DNA of 64,000 bases from Alphaproteobacteria bacterium (GCA_965232515.1 CBDDPY010000002.1:3136001-3200000), one strand, 5' to 3'; positions 1 through 10,534 are shown, counted from the stretch's first letter. The notes: generated by a model from the letters alone, not told the origin. A program made the numbers and translations.

Positions 1-84
1 ATCTTGCCCTCCGCGACTGAACGAATATCGCCGGCGCCGCGGCCGCACGGGCGCCCGCCAAACCAGACGGATGGGAGACCCGAT

Positions 85-1041
85 ATGGCACGATTTCGAC
101 ACGCGCTGCCGCAGTTGGGCGGTGAGCTGTTTCTGACCGACGGCGGCATCGAGACGACGCTGATCTTTCACGACGGGCTCGACCTGCCCTACTTCGCCGC
201 CTTCGACCTGTTGAAGGACGATGCCGGGCGCGATGCGCTGCGGCGCTATTTCCGCAGCTATACGGCCATCGCCAAGGACCAGGGCATGGGCATCGTGCTG
301 GAAACGCCGACCTGGCGGGCGAGCGCCGACTGGGCCGGGAAGCTCGGCTATTCCAAGGCGGCGCTGGCGGAGGCCAACCGGCAGTCGGTGGCGCTGTTGG
401 AGGAGATGCGGGACGAACATGCCGCAGCCGCGGGTCCGGTGGTGATCAGCGGCTGCGTCGGGCCGCGCGGCGACGGCTACGATCCGGCCGACGTGATGAC
501 CGCCGACGAGGCCGCGGGCTACCACGCCGAGCAGATCGGCACCTTCGCCGAGACCCGGGCCGACATGGTCACCGCCATCACCATGACCAACGTGCCGGAG
601 GCGACCGGCCTGACCCGGGCGGCACGGGACGCCGGCATGCCGGTGGTGATCTCGTTCACGGTCGAGACCGACGGCCGGCTGCCGACGGGCGAGACGCTGC
701 AACACGCCATCGAGGCGGTGGACGACGCGACCGAGACCGGCCCGGCCTATTACATGATCAACTGCGCGCATCCGACGCATTTCGAGGATGCGCTGGCGGC
801 GGGCGAGACCTGGGTGCAGCGCCTGCGCGGCCTGCGCGCCAACGCCTCGACCTTGAGCCACGCCGAGCTCGACGAGGCCGAGGAGCTGGACGAGGGCAAC
901 CCACAGGAGCTCGGCGCGCAGTACCGGGCGCTGAAGGACCGGCTGCCGCAGATGATTGTGTTCGGCGGCTGTTGCGGCACCGACCACCGGCACATCGACG
1001 CGATCGGCCGCGCCTGCATGGGCCACAGCGCCGCGGCGTAA
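85..1041 (+). CDS. Homocysteine S-methyltransferase family protein
   Basis: LTDGGIET N-terminal motif, INCAHP and GGCCGT zinc-ligand motifs; ATG at 85 preceded by GGGAGA. Confidence 0.9.
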   Translation: MARFRHALPQLGGELFLTDGGIETTLIFHDGLDLPYFAAFDLLKDDAGRDALRRYFRSYTAIAKDQGMGIVLETPTWRASADWAGKLGYSKAALAEANRQSVALLEEMRDEHAAAAGPVVISGCVGPRGDGYDPADVMTADEAAGYHAEQIGTFAETRADMVTAITMTNVPEATGLTRAARDAGMPVVISFTVETDGRLPTGETLQHAIEAVDDATETGPAYYMINCAHPTHFEDALAAGETWVQRLRGLRANASTLSHAELDEAEELDEGNPQELGAQYRALKDRLPQMIVFGGCCGTDHRHIDAIGRACMGHSAAA

Positions 1042-1060
1042 CACCGGCCACCATCTGAAC

Positions 1061-1097
1061 AGGAAAAGGGACGGTCATCCGGCCGTCCCTTTTTCCT
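1061..1097 (+). terminator. Intrinsic terminator (possibly bidirectional)
   Basis: aggaaaagggacgg ... ccgtccctttttcct inverted repeat just after the stop codon. Confidence 0.7.
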
Positions 1098-1141
1098 TCA
1101 CTTTCCTCTCGGCCACACGTTCGACAACGGAGCCTGCTTCC

Positions 1142-1960
1142 ATGACCACGCGCGAAACTTTCCGGATCGAAACACAGACTGGCGTGACGCTCGACGGCGC
1201 CGCGCAGGGCGAGCGCAGGGGCCCGGCCGTGCTCCTTCTGCATGGCTATAGCGATTCCTGGCGGTCCTACGTTCCGCTGTTGGACGCGCTGCCGCCGGCG
1301 TGGCGGGCGATCGCCGTCAGCCTGCGCGGGCACGGCGAGTCGGACCGGCCGGCGCGCGATTACACCATTCGTGACTTTGCCGACGATCTGCCGGCTGTGC
1401 TGACCCATCTCGACATCGACCGCGCCGCGGTGGTCGGTCATTCCATGGGCAGCATGGTCGCGGCCCGGCTCGCGCTGGCGCAGCCGACGCGCGTCGAGGC
1501 GCTGGTCCTGCTCGGTGCGCTGACGACGCTGCAGGGCAATCCGGCGATCGACGACGACTTCTGCGACGCGATCGCGGCGCTCGCCGATCCGGTCGACGCC
1601 GGCTTCGTACGCGAATTCCAGGAAAGCACGCTCGCCCGCCCTGTCCCATCGGATTTCATGGACGGCATCGTCGCCGAGAGCGGCAAACTGCCGGCCCGGA
1701 TCTGGCACGACGCGCTGGACGCCATGCTGGCCGACGACCTCGCGCCAGAGCTGTCGGGGATCGCCGCGCCGACGCTGCTGCTCTGGGGCGATCAGGACGG
1801 CCTTTGCGATCGCGACAGTCAGATCCGGATGGCGAGCGCCCTGCCCGCGGCCGAGTTTTCGGTCGTCGCGAACGCCGGCCACGCCCCGCACTGGGAGGAC
1901 CCGCAAGGCATCGCTGAGGCCATCGCCGCATTTCTCGACGCCAGCCGCGCGACCGCCTGA
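1142..1960 (+). CDS. Alpha/beta fold hydrolase
   Basis: LLHG oxyanion motif, GHSMG nucleophile elbow, WGDQD and AGHAPH catalytic Asp/His. Confidence 0.9.
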   Translation: MTTRETFRIETQTGVTLDGAAQGERRGPAVLLLHGYSDSWRSYVPLLDALPPAWRAIAVSLRGHGESDRPARDYTIRDFADDLPAVLTHLDIDRAAVVGHSMGSMVAARLALAQPTRVEALVLLGALTTLQGNPAIDDDFCDAIAALADPVDAGFVREFQESTLARPVPSDFMDGIVAESGKLPARIWHDALDAMLADDLAPELSGIAAPTLLLWGDQDGLCDRDSQIRMASALPAAEFSVVANAGHAPHWEDPQGIAEAIAAFLDASRATA

Positions 1961-2001
1961 CGCCGTCCCGGACGGGACGCGTTCAAGGCCGACGGCTCGG
2001 G

Positions 2002-3273
2002 TCAGCTGCCGTAGCTGGCATGCGTGGCGCCGCTCGCGAGTTTGCCTGCGCGCGCGCCAGCCGCGGTGTCGGCCAGGTCGGCAGCGAAAGGCTCGATGAT
2101 GGCGCCGTGGTGGCGATTGAGCAGGAGGTTGAGCCCCGGCGGGTCGACAAGGGGACCGAATTGCCAGCCTTTGGCCGCCATGGCGTCGCGGACCGCGGCC
2201 ATGTCAAAGCCGCCGTCGCCGCCGATGGCGACGATGCCGGCGGCGGGGCGGCCCAGGACGTGTACGCCGGCGATGTGGTTGACCTTGACCGCGAGGCGAC
2301 GGCGGATGTCCAGGATCTCGCCGACCCGGTCGAGATAGCCGTCATAGCCGAGATAGTTCATCACCGCCCAGGCCGACGCCACGGCGCCGCCCGGCCGTGA
2401 GCCGGCGACGGTCATGGTGGCGAACGCGCCGGTCGGCCAGTCGTCGAACGTGAAGCCCTGGAACCGCGCCATCGCGGGATCGCGCAACAGCAGCAGCGAG
2501 GCGCCGCGGCTGGTATAGCCGTATTTGTGCAGGTCGACGGACATCGAGGCGACGCCCGGAACCGAGAAATCGAAATCCGGCACCGGTTCGCCGAGGTCGC
2601 GGGCGAAGGGCAGAAAGAAACCGCCGACGCAGGCGTCGACATGCAGCCAGAGTCCGTGCGCGCGCGCCAACGCCCCCAGCGCGGCGACATCGTCGACGCC
2701 GCCGATCGGATATGAGGGGGCCGAGCCGACGATCATGATCGTGTTCGGCGTGATCGCCGCGGCCATGGCCGCCGGATCGGCGCGGAGATCGTCGCCGGTC
2801 GGCACGCGGACGACCCGCAGCCCCAGCATCTCGGCCGCCTTGTTAAAGGCGGGGTGACAGGTTCGGGCGGCGACGATCTCGGGCGATCCGGACCTGGGCC
2901 GCGCCGCGCGAGCTTGGTCCCGGGCCGTCTTCACCGCCAGGATGATGCTTTCCGTTCCGCCGGTTGTGATCGTGCCGCTGGCGGCCTCGGGTGCATTGAG
3001 CAGCTCGAGCGCCATGCCCACGACCTCGTCGGCCATCGCCGGCAGACTGGGATAAAGCAGGTTGCCGTAGAGAAGATTGTCGCCCTGAAACAGCGCATAG
3101 GCCTCCCAGGCGACGCGCGCCACGTCCTCGCCCGCGTCGTAGGCGGCCTTGAGGTTGCGCAGGTCGTTCCAGGCGATATCGCCGTCCCGGCGCCGTTCCA
3201 ATTCCGCCCGCAGCGCCGACCAGGAGCGCCCTGCCCGCGCAAACTTCCGGTTGCTGATCGCGGGCTCGTTCAC
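2002..3273 (-). CDS. PLP-dependent decarboxylase/lyase, sphingosine-1-phosphate lyase-like
   Basis: TTGGTESI, LHVDACVGGF, SVDLHKYG (PLP lysine), GSRPGG; GTG start with GGAGG RBS. Confidence 0.85.
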   Translation of the reverse strand: MNEPAISNRKFARAGRSWSALRAELERRRDGDIAWNDLRNLKAAYDAGEDVARVAWEAYALFQGDNLLYGNLLYPSLPAMADEVVGMALELLNAPEAASGTITTGGTESIILAVKTARDQARAARPRSGSPEIVAARTCHPAFNKAAEMLGLRVVRVPTGDDLRADPAAMAAAITPNTIMIVGSAPSYPIGGVDDVAALGALARAHGLWLHVDACVGGFFLPFARDLGEPVPDFDFSVPGVASMSVDLHKYGYTSRGASLLLLRDPAMARFQGFTFDDWPTGAFATMTVAGSRPGGAVASAWAVMNYLGYDGYLDRVGEILDIRRRLAVKVNHIAGVHVLGRPAAGIVAIGGDGGFDMAAVRDAMAAKGWQFGPLVDPPGLNLLLNRHHGAIIEPFAADLADTAAGARAGKLASGATHASYGS

Positions 3274-3334
3274 GTCGTCACCTCCTGGCTGGCGGATCTC
3301 TGGGGTTTGATGTCATCGAAGGGCGATGATCATT

Positions 3335-3462
3335 TTTGTTATAGCATATAAATTTTTCCGTCAAATCGATTGCGGGTGAATCCAAAAACTCCGCTAAAAA
3401 TCAACATTTTTCAGGAACTCATCCAACGGGCTTTTGATCAGTGATATTTTTGCTATAACAAA
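3335..3462. promoter_or_regulatory. Divergent AT-rich promoter region with two inverted GntR-type operator boxes
   Basis: tttgttatagca (3335-3346) and its exact reverse complement tgctataacaaa (3451-3462). Confidence 0.6.
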
Positions 3463-3570
3463 TATGTTGCAGAAAAATCATGCACCATGCTAACCAGTCG
3501 TGACCGTCGCGGTAGGGCGGGCGCGCAGGCAGGCGACGAACAACGACCAAGCGCCCGGGGCAGGAGAGGT

Positions 3571-4779
3571 ATGGCGAAGCAACAGCCATTGGCGGCGATC
3601 GACACGTCGCAACCGCACGGCGGTCGGGACCTGTCGCGCGACGACCAGCCGTCGGCGGACTTCGGCGCCGATGTCGAGGTGCGCGGCCTGTCGAAGCATT
3701 TCGGCAGCGTCGTCGCGGTCGACGATGTCTCGTTCACGCTCAAGCCCGGCGAGTTCGTGGCCCTGCTCGGCCCGAGCGGGTCGGGCAAGACGACCATCCT
3801 GATGTCGATCGCCGGCTTCGAAACCCCCACCGCCGGCCGGATCCACGTCGCCGGCCGGGACGTGGTGCCGCTGCCGGCGAACAAGCGCAACATCGGCATG
3901 GTGTTCCAGAAATACGCGCTGTTCCCGCATCTGTCGGTCGCGCGGAACATTTCCTTTCCGCTGGAGATGCGCGGCTGGCCGCGCCGCCGCCGCGACGACG
4001 CGGTCCGACGCGCGCTCGCGACGGTGCGGCTCGACGGCTATGCGGCACGGATGCCGTCCCAACTCTCCGGCGGCCAGCAGCAGCGGGTGGCGCTGGCCCG
4101 CGCCATCGTCTTCGAGCCACCGCTGCTGCTGATGGACGAGCCGCTGGGCGCCCTCGACAAGAAGCTGCGCGAGGAGCTGCAGCTCGAGATCAAGCGCCTG
4201 CAGCAGCGGCTCGGCATCACGGTTCTATTCGTGACCCACGACCAGAGCGAGGCGCTGGCCATGGCGGACCGCGTCGCCGTGATGAACCATGGCCGGGTCG
4301 AGCAGATCGGCCGGCCACAGGACCTCTATAACGAACCGGCGTCGCTGTTCGTCGCCGATTTCGTCGGCGACTCCAACTTCATTCCGGGTGCCATGGCCGA
4401 TCCGGGGCAACCCGGCGCCGACGTCGTGGCCCTGCGATCCACCGGCGGTCATCGCATGCTGGGACGGGCGGCGGCCGGCGCGCGGGACCTGACGCCGGGC
4501 AGGCAGGCGACACTGATGGTCCGGCCGGAGAATGTGCGGCTGCGGCCGACGGACCGCCGGGACGTGGCCGACGCGCTGACCGGCCGCGTCCGCGACATCG
4601 TGTTCGGCGGCGCGACCAATATGTACGTCGTGGCGCTGGACACCACGGAAATGCGCGCCCGGCTTCCGGCCGGGACGGGCGAAGGCGGAGATGAGATCGG
4701 CCTTGGGGATCGCGTCGCGATTTCGTGGCATCAACGCGACGCCCTGGTCTACCCGACCGACGGCGCGGCCGGCCCATGA
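3571..4779 (+). CDS. ABC transporter ATP-binding protein, PotA-like
   Basis: Walker A GPSGSGKT, LSGGQQQR signature, LLMDEP, C-terminal TOBE-like region; ATG 3571 after AGGAGAGG. Confidence 0.92.
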   Translation: MAKQQPLAAIDTSQPHGGRDLSRDDQPSADFGADVEVRGLSKHFGSVVAVDDVSFTLKPGEFVALLGPSGSGKTTILMSIAGFETPTAGRIHVAGRDVVPLPANKRNIGMVFQKYALFPHLSVARNISFPLEMRGWPRRRRDDAVRRALATVRLDGYAARMPSQLSGGQQQRVALARAIVFEPPLLLMDEPLGALDKKLREELQLEIKRLQQRLGITVLFVTHDQSEALAMADRVAVMNHGRVEQIGRPQDLYNEPASLFVADFVGDSNFIPGAMADPGQPGADVVALRSTGGHRMLGRAAAGARDLTPGRQATLMVRPENVRLRPTDRRDVADALTGRVRDIVFGGATNMYVVALDTTEMRARLPAGTGEGGDEIGLGDRVAISWHQRDALVYPTDGAAGP

Positions 4780-5687
4780 CCGCGATCACCGCCACCGAAG
4801 CCAGCGGGCCACCGGTCGACGGCCGGCAAGGCGTGGCCGCGTCGGCGCGCGAGCTGTCGCCGGGGCCGTGCTGGCTGTTGCTGCTGCCGACGCTGGCCCT
4901 GTTTCTGCTGGTCTTCGTCGCGCCGGTGCTGGGCCTGGTGAAGACCAGCCTGTTCGATCCGGACTTCACGCTGCGTCACTACCGGCTGCTGTTGTCCGAA
5001 GATCTGTTCCTGCGGATCATCTGGCGCACGCTGTGGGTGAGCGCGCTGGTGGCGCTGCTGACGTTGCTGCTCGGCTATCCCGTGGCGCTGCTGATGGCGC
5101 GCCTCAAGGGCACCGGCGCGCTGATCATCGCCGGCTGCGTGCTGCTGCCGTTGTGGATCAGCGTTCTGGTCCGCAGCTACGCCTGGGTGGTGCTGCTGGC
5201 GCATAACGGCGTGGTCACCAAGAGCCTGCGCGACCTCGGCCTGATCGCCGAGAGCACGCGCTTCATGTACACCGACGGCACAGTGATCGTGGCCATGACG
5301 CATGTGCTGCTGCCGTTCATGATCCTGCCGCTCTATGCCAGCCTGAACGCCATTCCCGACGACCTGTTGCGCGCCGCGAAGGGCCTGGGCGCGGGCGACC
5401 TGCGCGCCTTCCTGCGGGTGACCCTGCCGCTCAGCCTTCCCGGCGTGCTCTCCGGCGCCATCCTGGTGTTCGTGATCGCGCTCGGCTTCTTCGTGACGCC
5501 GGCGCTGGTCGGCGGGCCGAAGTCGATGATGGCCGCGATGCTGATCGGTCAGGAAGCGGCGTACGGCGGCAACTGGGGTCTGGCCGCGGCGCTGTCGGCC
5601 GTCCTGTTCTTCGGCGCGCTGGCGGTCGTGCTGGCCTTCGGCCGCTTCATCCGCCTCGACGGCGACGCGGAGGTCGGCGGCCGATGA
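4776..5687 (+). CDS. ABC transporter permease, PotB-like
   Basis: Multiple TM segments, EAA-like loop AAKGLGA...VTLPLSLPG; overlaps upstream stop (ATGA). Confidence 0.9.
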   Translation: MTAITATEASGPPVDGRQGVAASARELSPGPCWLLLLPTLALFLLVFVAPVLGLVKTSLFDPDFTLRHYRLLLSEDLFLRIIWRTLWVSALVALLTLLLGYPVALLMARLKGTGALIIAGCVLLPLWISVLVRSYAWVVLLAHNGVVTKSLRDLGLIAESTRFMYTDGTVIVAMTHVLLPFMILPLYASLNAIPDDLLRAAKGLGAGDLRAFLRVTLPLSLPGVLSGAILVFVIALGFFVTPALVGGPKSMMAAMLIGQEAAYGGNWGLAAALSAVLFFGALAVVLAFGRFIRLDGDAEVGGR

Positions 5688-6511
5688 CGGCAGTGGCGAC
5701 ATTTCGCGGTCTGCGCCCGGCCGGCGCGTTGACGGCCGCGCTCGCCTACGGCGTGCTCGCCTTCCTGGTTCTGCCGGTCCTGCTGGTCGTGCCGATGAGC
5801 TTCTCGGACGCCAACTATCTGTCGTTTCCACCGCAGGGCTTCTCGCTCAAATGGTACGTCGAGATCTTCACCGAACCGATGTGGACGCGCCCGGCGCTGT
5901 TCAGCTTGCAGATCGCCTTGCTGGTCGCGGCGCTATCGTCGGCGCTCGGCACGGCCGCCGCGCTGGCGCTGGTCCGGGGACGCTTTCGCGGCAAGACGGC
6001 GGTGCGGCTGCTCATCGTCTCGCCGATCATCGCGCCGAACGTCGTGGTCGCCATCGCCATGTTCTTCGCCTTCGTCGAGGTCGGACTGATCGGCAGCGTG
6101 GCGGCCTTCGTCATGGCGCACGCGGTGCTGGCGATCCCGTTCGTGATGTTGACGGTCTCGGCCGCGCTGCATCGCTTCGATCCCGATCTCGAGCTGGCGG
6201 CGATGAACCTGGGCGCCAACCGCTGGACGGCGTTCCGGCGGGTGACCTTGCCGATCATCATGCCGGGCGTGGCGAGCGGCGCGATCTTCGCCTTCATCAT
6301 CTCGTTCGACGAGCCGGTGATCAGCTACTTCGTCTCCAGCGTCCGCCAGGCGACGCTGCCGCGGATCATGTTCCAGAACATCGAAACCAGCGTGCAGCCC
6401 AACGTCGCCGCGATCTCGACCGTGCTGATGCTGCTGTCGCTGCTGCTGCTGTCGCTCACCTGGCTCCTGCGCCGCGGGCAGGCCCGCCGGCTGCCGGACG
6501 CACGCCCATGA
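5684..6511 (+). CDS. ABC transporter permease, PotC-like
   Basis: TM segments, ELAAMNLGA...VTLP, SFDEP motif. Confidence 0.9.
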   Translation: MTAVATFRGLRPAGALTAALAYGVLAFLVLPVLLVVPMSFSDANYLSFPPQGFSLKWYVEIFTEPMWTRPALFSLQIALLVAALSSALGTAAALALVRGRFRGKTAVRLLIVSPIIAPNVVVAIAMFFAFVEVGLIGSVAAFVMAHAVLAIPFVMLTVSAALHRFDPDLELAAMNLGANRWTAFRRVTLPIIMPGVASGAIFAFIISFDEPVISYFVSSVRQATLPRIMFQNIETSVQPNVAAISTVLMLLSLLLLSLTWLLRRGQARRLPDARP

Positions 6512-6573
6512 ACAAGACGGCCGCGAGAGCCGCCGGAGATCCCATTCCGCACTCAACGATAGGGAGGTAGCAG

Positions 6574-7629
6574 ATGACGGAATTACGCAAACTCACCTTG
6601 GCCCTTTGCGCCGCCGGCGTCCTGGCGCTTGGCGGGGGCGCCGGCGCGGCGGCCGAAGAGTTGGTCGTGGTCTCGACCGGCGGCAGCTTCGGCGCGGCGC
6701 TGAAAGAGCACTTCTTCGATCCCTTTACCGCGGAGACGGGAATCGAGATCATCCATGTCCCGGCCACGGTCCAGCAGCAGAACGGCAAGCTGCGGGCGAT
6801 GCTGAAGGCGGGGAACGTCGAATTCGACATCCTGACGACGACGGACGACGCGGTGATCGGCGACGCCGAGGTCTACGAGGAACTCGACTGCGCCCGCGTG
6901 TCGAACGCCGCGAAATACGGCGTCGAGGGAACCTGTCACGGCCGCAGCCTGCTGCGCACGGCCGGCGCCAGCATGCTGGTCTACAAGACCGATGCATTTC
7001 CCGACGGCGGTCCGCGGAGCTGGTCCGATTTCTGGGATGTCGAGAGGTTTCCGGGCGCGCGCTGCCTGATCGGCGGCACGACCGAGAACCACACGCCGAT
7101 GCTGGCGGCGCTGGTAGCCGACGGGGTCTCGCCCGGCGAGCTATTCCCGATCGACATCGACCGGGCGGTCCGGAAACTGGAACAGTTGAAGCCGCACGTC
7201 GCGGCCTATTGGAGCAGCTATTCCCAGAGCCAGCAGCTGATGCGCGACGGCGAGTGCGTCGCATCGATCATGACCAACGGCCGGGCGATGTCGCTCAGAA
7301 ACGAAGGGTTCCCCCTCTCGCTCGTCTGGCAGGGTGCGTTCACAAACTCGGCCGGATGGGGGATCGCGACGCAGGCGCCGAACCGCGAGGCCGCCTACAA
7401 GTTCCTGGACTTCTGGATGAAGCGGCCCGAGGCGCATCTCGCCTTCTACCGGACGTTCTTCTACGGCACGGCGAACCGGGATGTGCTGCAACTGCTCAGC
7501 GTCGAAGAACGGGCCGACTATTATGCGCATCCCGATAACTTTGCCGGTCAGATTCAGTTGGATACGGCGTGGATCGGCGAGAATCTCGACACGATCCGAC
7601 GCCGCTATGCGGACTTCCTGTCGAAGTAG
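6574..7629 (+). CDS. ABC transporter substrate-binding protein, PotD/PotF-like
   Basis: Signal peptide, FTAETGIEI, SWSDFWDVERFPG; GGGAGG RBS. Confidence 0.88.
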   Translation: MTELRKLTLALCAAGVLALGGGAGAAAEELVVVSTGGSFGAALKEHFFDPFTAETGIEIIHVPATVQQQNGKLRAMLKAGNVEFDILTTTDDAVIGDAEVYEELDCARVSNAAKYGVEGTCHGRSLLRTAGASMLVYKTDAFPDGGPRSWSDFWDVERFPGARCLIGGTTENHTPMLAALVADGVSPGELFPIDIDRAVRKLEQLKPHVAAYWSSYSQSQQLMRDGECVASIMTNGRAMSLRNEGFPLSLVWQGAFTNSAGWGIATQAPNREAAYKFLDFWMKRPEAHLAFYRTFFYGTANRDVLQLLSVEERADYYAHPDNFAGQIQLDTAWIGENLDTIRRRYADFLSK

Positions 7630-7655
7630 CGGGACGCCTATCGGACTGGCATTGT

Positions 7656-7694
7656 CGGTTGGGTAAGCCGGCGGTTGACCGGCTTGCCCAACCG
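7656..7694 (+). other. Stem-loop downstream of the binding-protein gene (mRNA stabiliser or terminator)
   Basis: cggttgggtaagccgg / ccggcttgcccaaccg inverted repeat with no U-tract. Confidence 0.5.
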
Positions 7695-7743
7695 GTGCCG
7701 CGGACCGGCGGTGAGATGACCTTTAAACGCTTGGACTCAATCA

Positions 7744-8442
7744 ATGGCCGATGTCTCGACAGTATCCGAACTACAACCGCTGACCGACAAGAACACGCTC
7801 TCGGAACGCGTCTACCGGCAGTTGAAGCGCGCGCTGAAAGCCGGCGCGTTCGAACCCGGTCAGCGGATTACGAACCGCGCCGTGGCCAGCGCCCTCGACG
7901 TCAGCATGACACCGGCCCGCGAGGCGCTGTGGCGCCTGGTAGCGGAAGACGCGCTGGAGGTCGTCGGCCCGAAAACCATCGTCGTGCCGAACTTGTCGCC
8001 GAAACGCTACGACGAGATTTCCGGTATCCGGCAGGCGCTCGAGGGCATGGCGGCGCAGGCGGCGGCGGAGCGGGCCGACGCGGCGTTCGTCGACGACCTG
8101 CAGACCATTCAAATGACGTTCGCCGAGTTGCGGGCAAGGCGGGATTACCGGGCCGCGCTTGAAATGAACGAGGCGTTTCATTTCTCCTTGTACGAACGCG
8201 CCGACCAGCCCCGGCTTCTGACCATGATCGAAAGCCTGTGGGTGTCGATCGGCCCGTCGCTCAGCCTGCTCTATCCCCGGTTCGACAGTCGTGAAGACGG
8301 CGTCCGGCCACACCAGGACGTGATCAGAGGCCTCAGGGCCGGCGATCCCGCGCGCGTCCGGTCGGCGATCGAAGAGGACATCAGGATCGGCCGCGACAAG
8401 ATCATTCCGATGTTGGCGGAGCGTGTCCGAGAAGGCCGGTAA
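7744..8442 (+). CDS. GntR family transcriptional regulator (FCD)
   Basis: N-terminal HTH LDVSMTPAREAL; NEAFHFSLY FCD motif. Confidence 0.92.
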   Translation: MADVSTVSELQPLTDKNTLSERVYRQLKRALKAGAFEPGQRITNRAVASALDVSMTPAREALWRLVAEDALEVVGPKTIVVPNLSPKRYDEISGIRQALEGMAAQAAAERADAAFVDDLQTIQMTFAELRARRDYRAALEMNEAFHFSLYERADQPRLLTMIESLWVSIGPSLSLLYPRFDSREDGVRPHQDVIRGLRAGDPARVRSAIEEDIRIGRDKIIPMLAERVREGR

Positions 8443-8460
8443 CACGAGAAAGGATGTTTC

Positions 8461-9903
8461 ATGTCCGACGACGTGGCGTTGCTCTCCGCGACCGAACTGC
8501 TGCAGCGGTTTCGCCGGAAAACGCTCTCCCCGGTCGAGGCCGCCAAGGCGGCGTTGGACCGTATCGACCGCTTCAACGGCGCGCTCAACGCCTTCCGGTT
8601 CGTCGCCCATGACGAGGCCCTGCAGGCGGCCAAGGACGCGGAGGCGCGATGGATGCGCGGTGAGCCGCGCGGCCTTGTCGACGGCGTGCCGACCACCATC
8701 AAGGACAGCCATCCCGTCAAGGGATGGTCGACGCTGCACGGTTCGCGAACGGTATCCGAGCAGGGTCCCTGGGACGACGACGCGCTGCACGCGGCGCGGC
8801 TGCGCGACCATGGCGCCGTGTTCCTGGGCAAGACCAACTTGTGCGAATTCGGCTGGAAATGCGTCACCGACAGTCCGCTGACCGGCGTCAGCCGCAATCC
8901 CTGGAACCCGGCCAAGACCTGTGGCGGCAGCAGCGGCGGCGCCGCGATCGCCGCGGCGACCGGCATGGGCGCGCTGCATATCGGCGGCGACGGCGGCGGA
9001 TCGATCCGGGCGCCCGCCGCGCTTTGCGGCGTGTTCGGCATCAAGGCGACTTATGGCCGCGTGCCGCGGTATCCGGCGGAATCATTCATTGCCTGCGCCC
9101 ATTTCGGCCCGCTGACCCGAACCGTTAGCGACGCCGCGCTCGCCATGACCGTGATCACCGAACCCAATCACCGCGATGCCTTCGCGCTGGCTTACGACGG
9201 CCGCGACTATCGCATCGGCCTGGACGACGGCGTCAAAGGTCTGCGCATCGCCTATAGCGCGGATCTGGGATACCTGACGGTCGATCCCGAGGTGGCCGAG
9301 ATCGTCGCAGACGCCGCCGGCGTGTTCGAGGAACTGGGCGCCGCCGTCGAAGCGGCCGATCCCGGCCTCGGCGATACCTTCGCGGCCTACAAGGTCATGA
9401 ACTCGGCCTATCAGGTGCCCAAGATCCACGGCAGATCCGACGCGCAGATCGCCATGATGGACCCGGTTCTGGTGGCGAACGCGCGGCGGGGTGAAGCGTT
9501 GTCGGCCTTCGATCTGCTGGAAGCCGGCAAGGTTCGCGCGGATATGGCCGAGAAGATGGCCGCGTTCCATCAGACCTACGATCTGCTGATTACGCCGACG
9601 TTGCCGGTCGCCGCATTCGACGTGGGGCGTAACAACCCGCCCGATTTCGACGCGGCGGCCAGTGCCGAAGACCGGCTCTATTGCCTGTTCAACCACTTCC
9701 TCTATCAGGTCAACTACACCCACCAGCCGGCCGTCAGCATTCCCTGCGGATTCACGCGCGGCGGGCTGCCCGTCGGGTTTCAGATCATCGGCCCGCGTCT
9801 TTCGGACCAGCGGGTCCTGACGGCCAGCCGCGCCTTCGAAGCGCTTCGCCCCTTTCAAATGCCGGGCGCGCAGCAACTGGCTTGCCTGGACGAGGCCGGT
9901 TGA
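8461..9903 (+). CDS. Amidase (amidase signature family)
   Basis: GVPTTIKD, GGSSGG, DGGGSIRAPA (Lys-cisSer-Ser triad), GLPVGFQ. Confidence 0.92.
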   Translation: MSDDVALLSATELLQRFRRKTLSPVEAAKAALDRIDRFNGALNAFRFVAHDEALQAAKDAEARWMRGEPRGLVDGVPTTIKDSHPVKGWSTLHGSRTVSEQGPWDDDALHAARLRDHGAVFLGKTNLCEFGWKCVTDSPLTGVSRNPWNPAKTCGGSSGGAAIAAATGMGALHIGGDGGGSIRAPAALCGVFGIKATYGRVPRYPAESFIACAHFGPLTRTVSDAALAMTVITEPNHRDAFALAYDGRDYRIGLDDGVKGLRIAYSADLGYLTVDPEVAEIVADAAGVFEELGAAVEAADPGLGDTFAAYKVMNSAYQVPKIHGRSDAQIAMMDPVLVANARRGEALSAFDLLEAGKVRADMAEKMAAFHQTYDLLITPTLPVAAFDVGRNNPPDFDAAASAEDRLYCLFNHFLYQVNYTHQPAVSIPCGFTRGGLPVGFQIIGPRLSDQRVLTASRAFEALRPFQMPGAQQLACLDEAG

Positions 9904-9955
9904 CCGAAAAAAGCCGCATCGAGACGACTTCGGGCGATGGCGGGAGCCGGGGCGC

Positions 9956-10534
9956 TCAACCCTGCCCGCGCCCCATGGCATAGAATTCGTCGTTGGGGCG
10001 CATGGACGTGACGTTGGCCATGCGGTTCGAGAGGCCGAACAGGGCCGTGATGGCGGCGATGTCCCAGACGTCCTCGTCGCTGAAACCGTGTCCGCGCAGG
10101 GTGTCGAAGTCGGCATCGCCGATCGACCTGGAATCGTTCGAGACTTTGAGGGCGAAATCCAGCATGGCCACCTGCCGTGGCGTGATGTCCGCCTTGCGGT
10201 AGTTCACCGCCACCTGGTCGGCGATGAGCGCGTTCCTGGCGCGGATGCGCAGAACGGCGCCGTGCGCCACGACGCAGTAGAGGCAGCCGTTGTCGTTTGA
10301 CGTGGCGACGACGATCATTTCCTTCTCGGCGTCGCTGAGGCCGCCGTCTTTATGCATCAGCGCGTCGTGATAGGCGAAGAAGGCGCGCAGCTCGTCAGGC
10401 CGGTGGGCGAGCGCCAGGAACACGTTGGGCACGAAGCCGGCCTTCTCCTGCACCACCAGAACCTTTTCCCGGATGTCCTCGGGCAGGTCGGCGATGTCGG
10501 GCACGGGGTAGCGGCTGATGCGGGCGGCGCTCAT
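9956..10534 (-). CDS. Peroxidase-related AhpD-family enzyme
   Basis: GFVPNVF, EMIVVATS..NGCLYCVVAHG motif. Confidence 0.9.
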   Translation of the reverse strand: MSAARISRYPVPDIADLPEDIREKVLVVQEKAGFVPNVFLALAHRPDELRAFFAYHDALMHKDGGLSDAEKEMIVVATSNDNGCLYCVVAHGAVLRIRARNALIADQVAVNYRKADITPRQVAMLDFALKVSNDSRSIGDADFDTLRGHGFSDEDVWDIAAITALFGLSNRMANVTSMRPNDEFYAMGRGQG

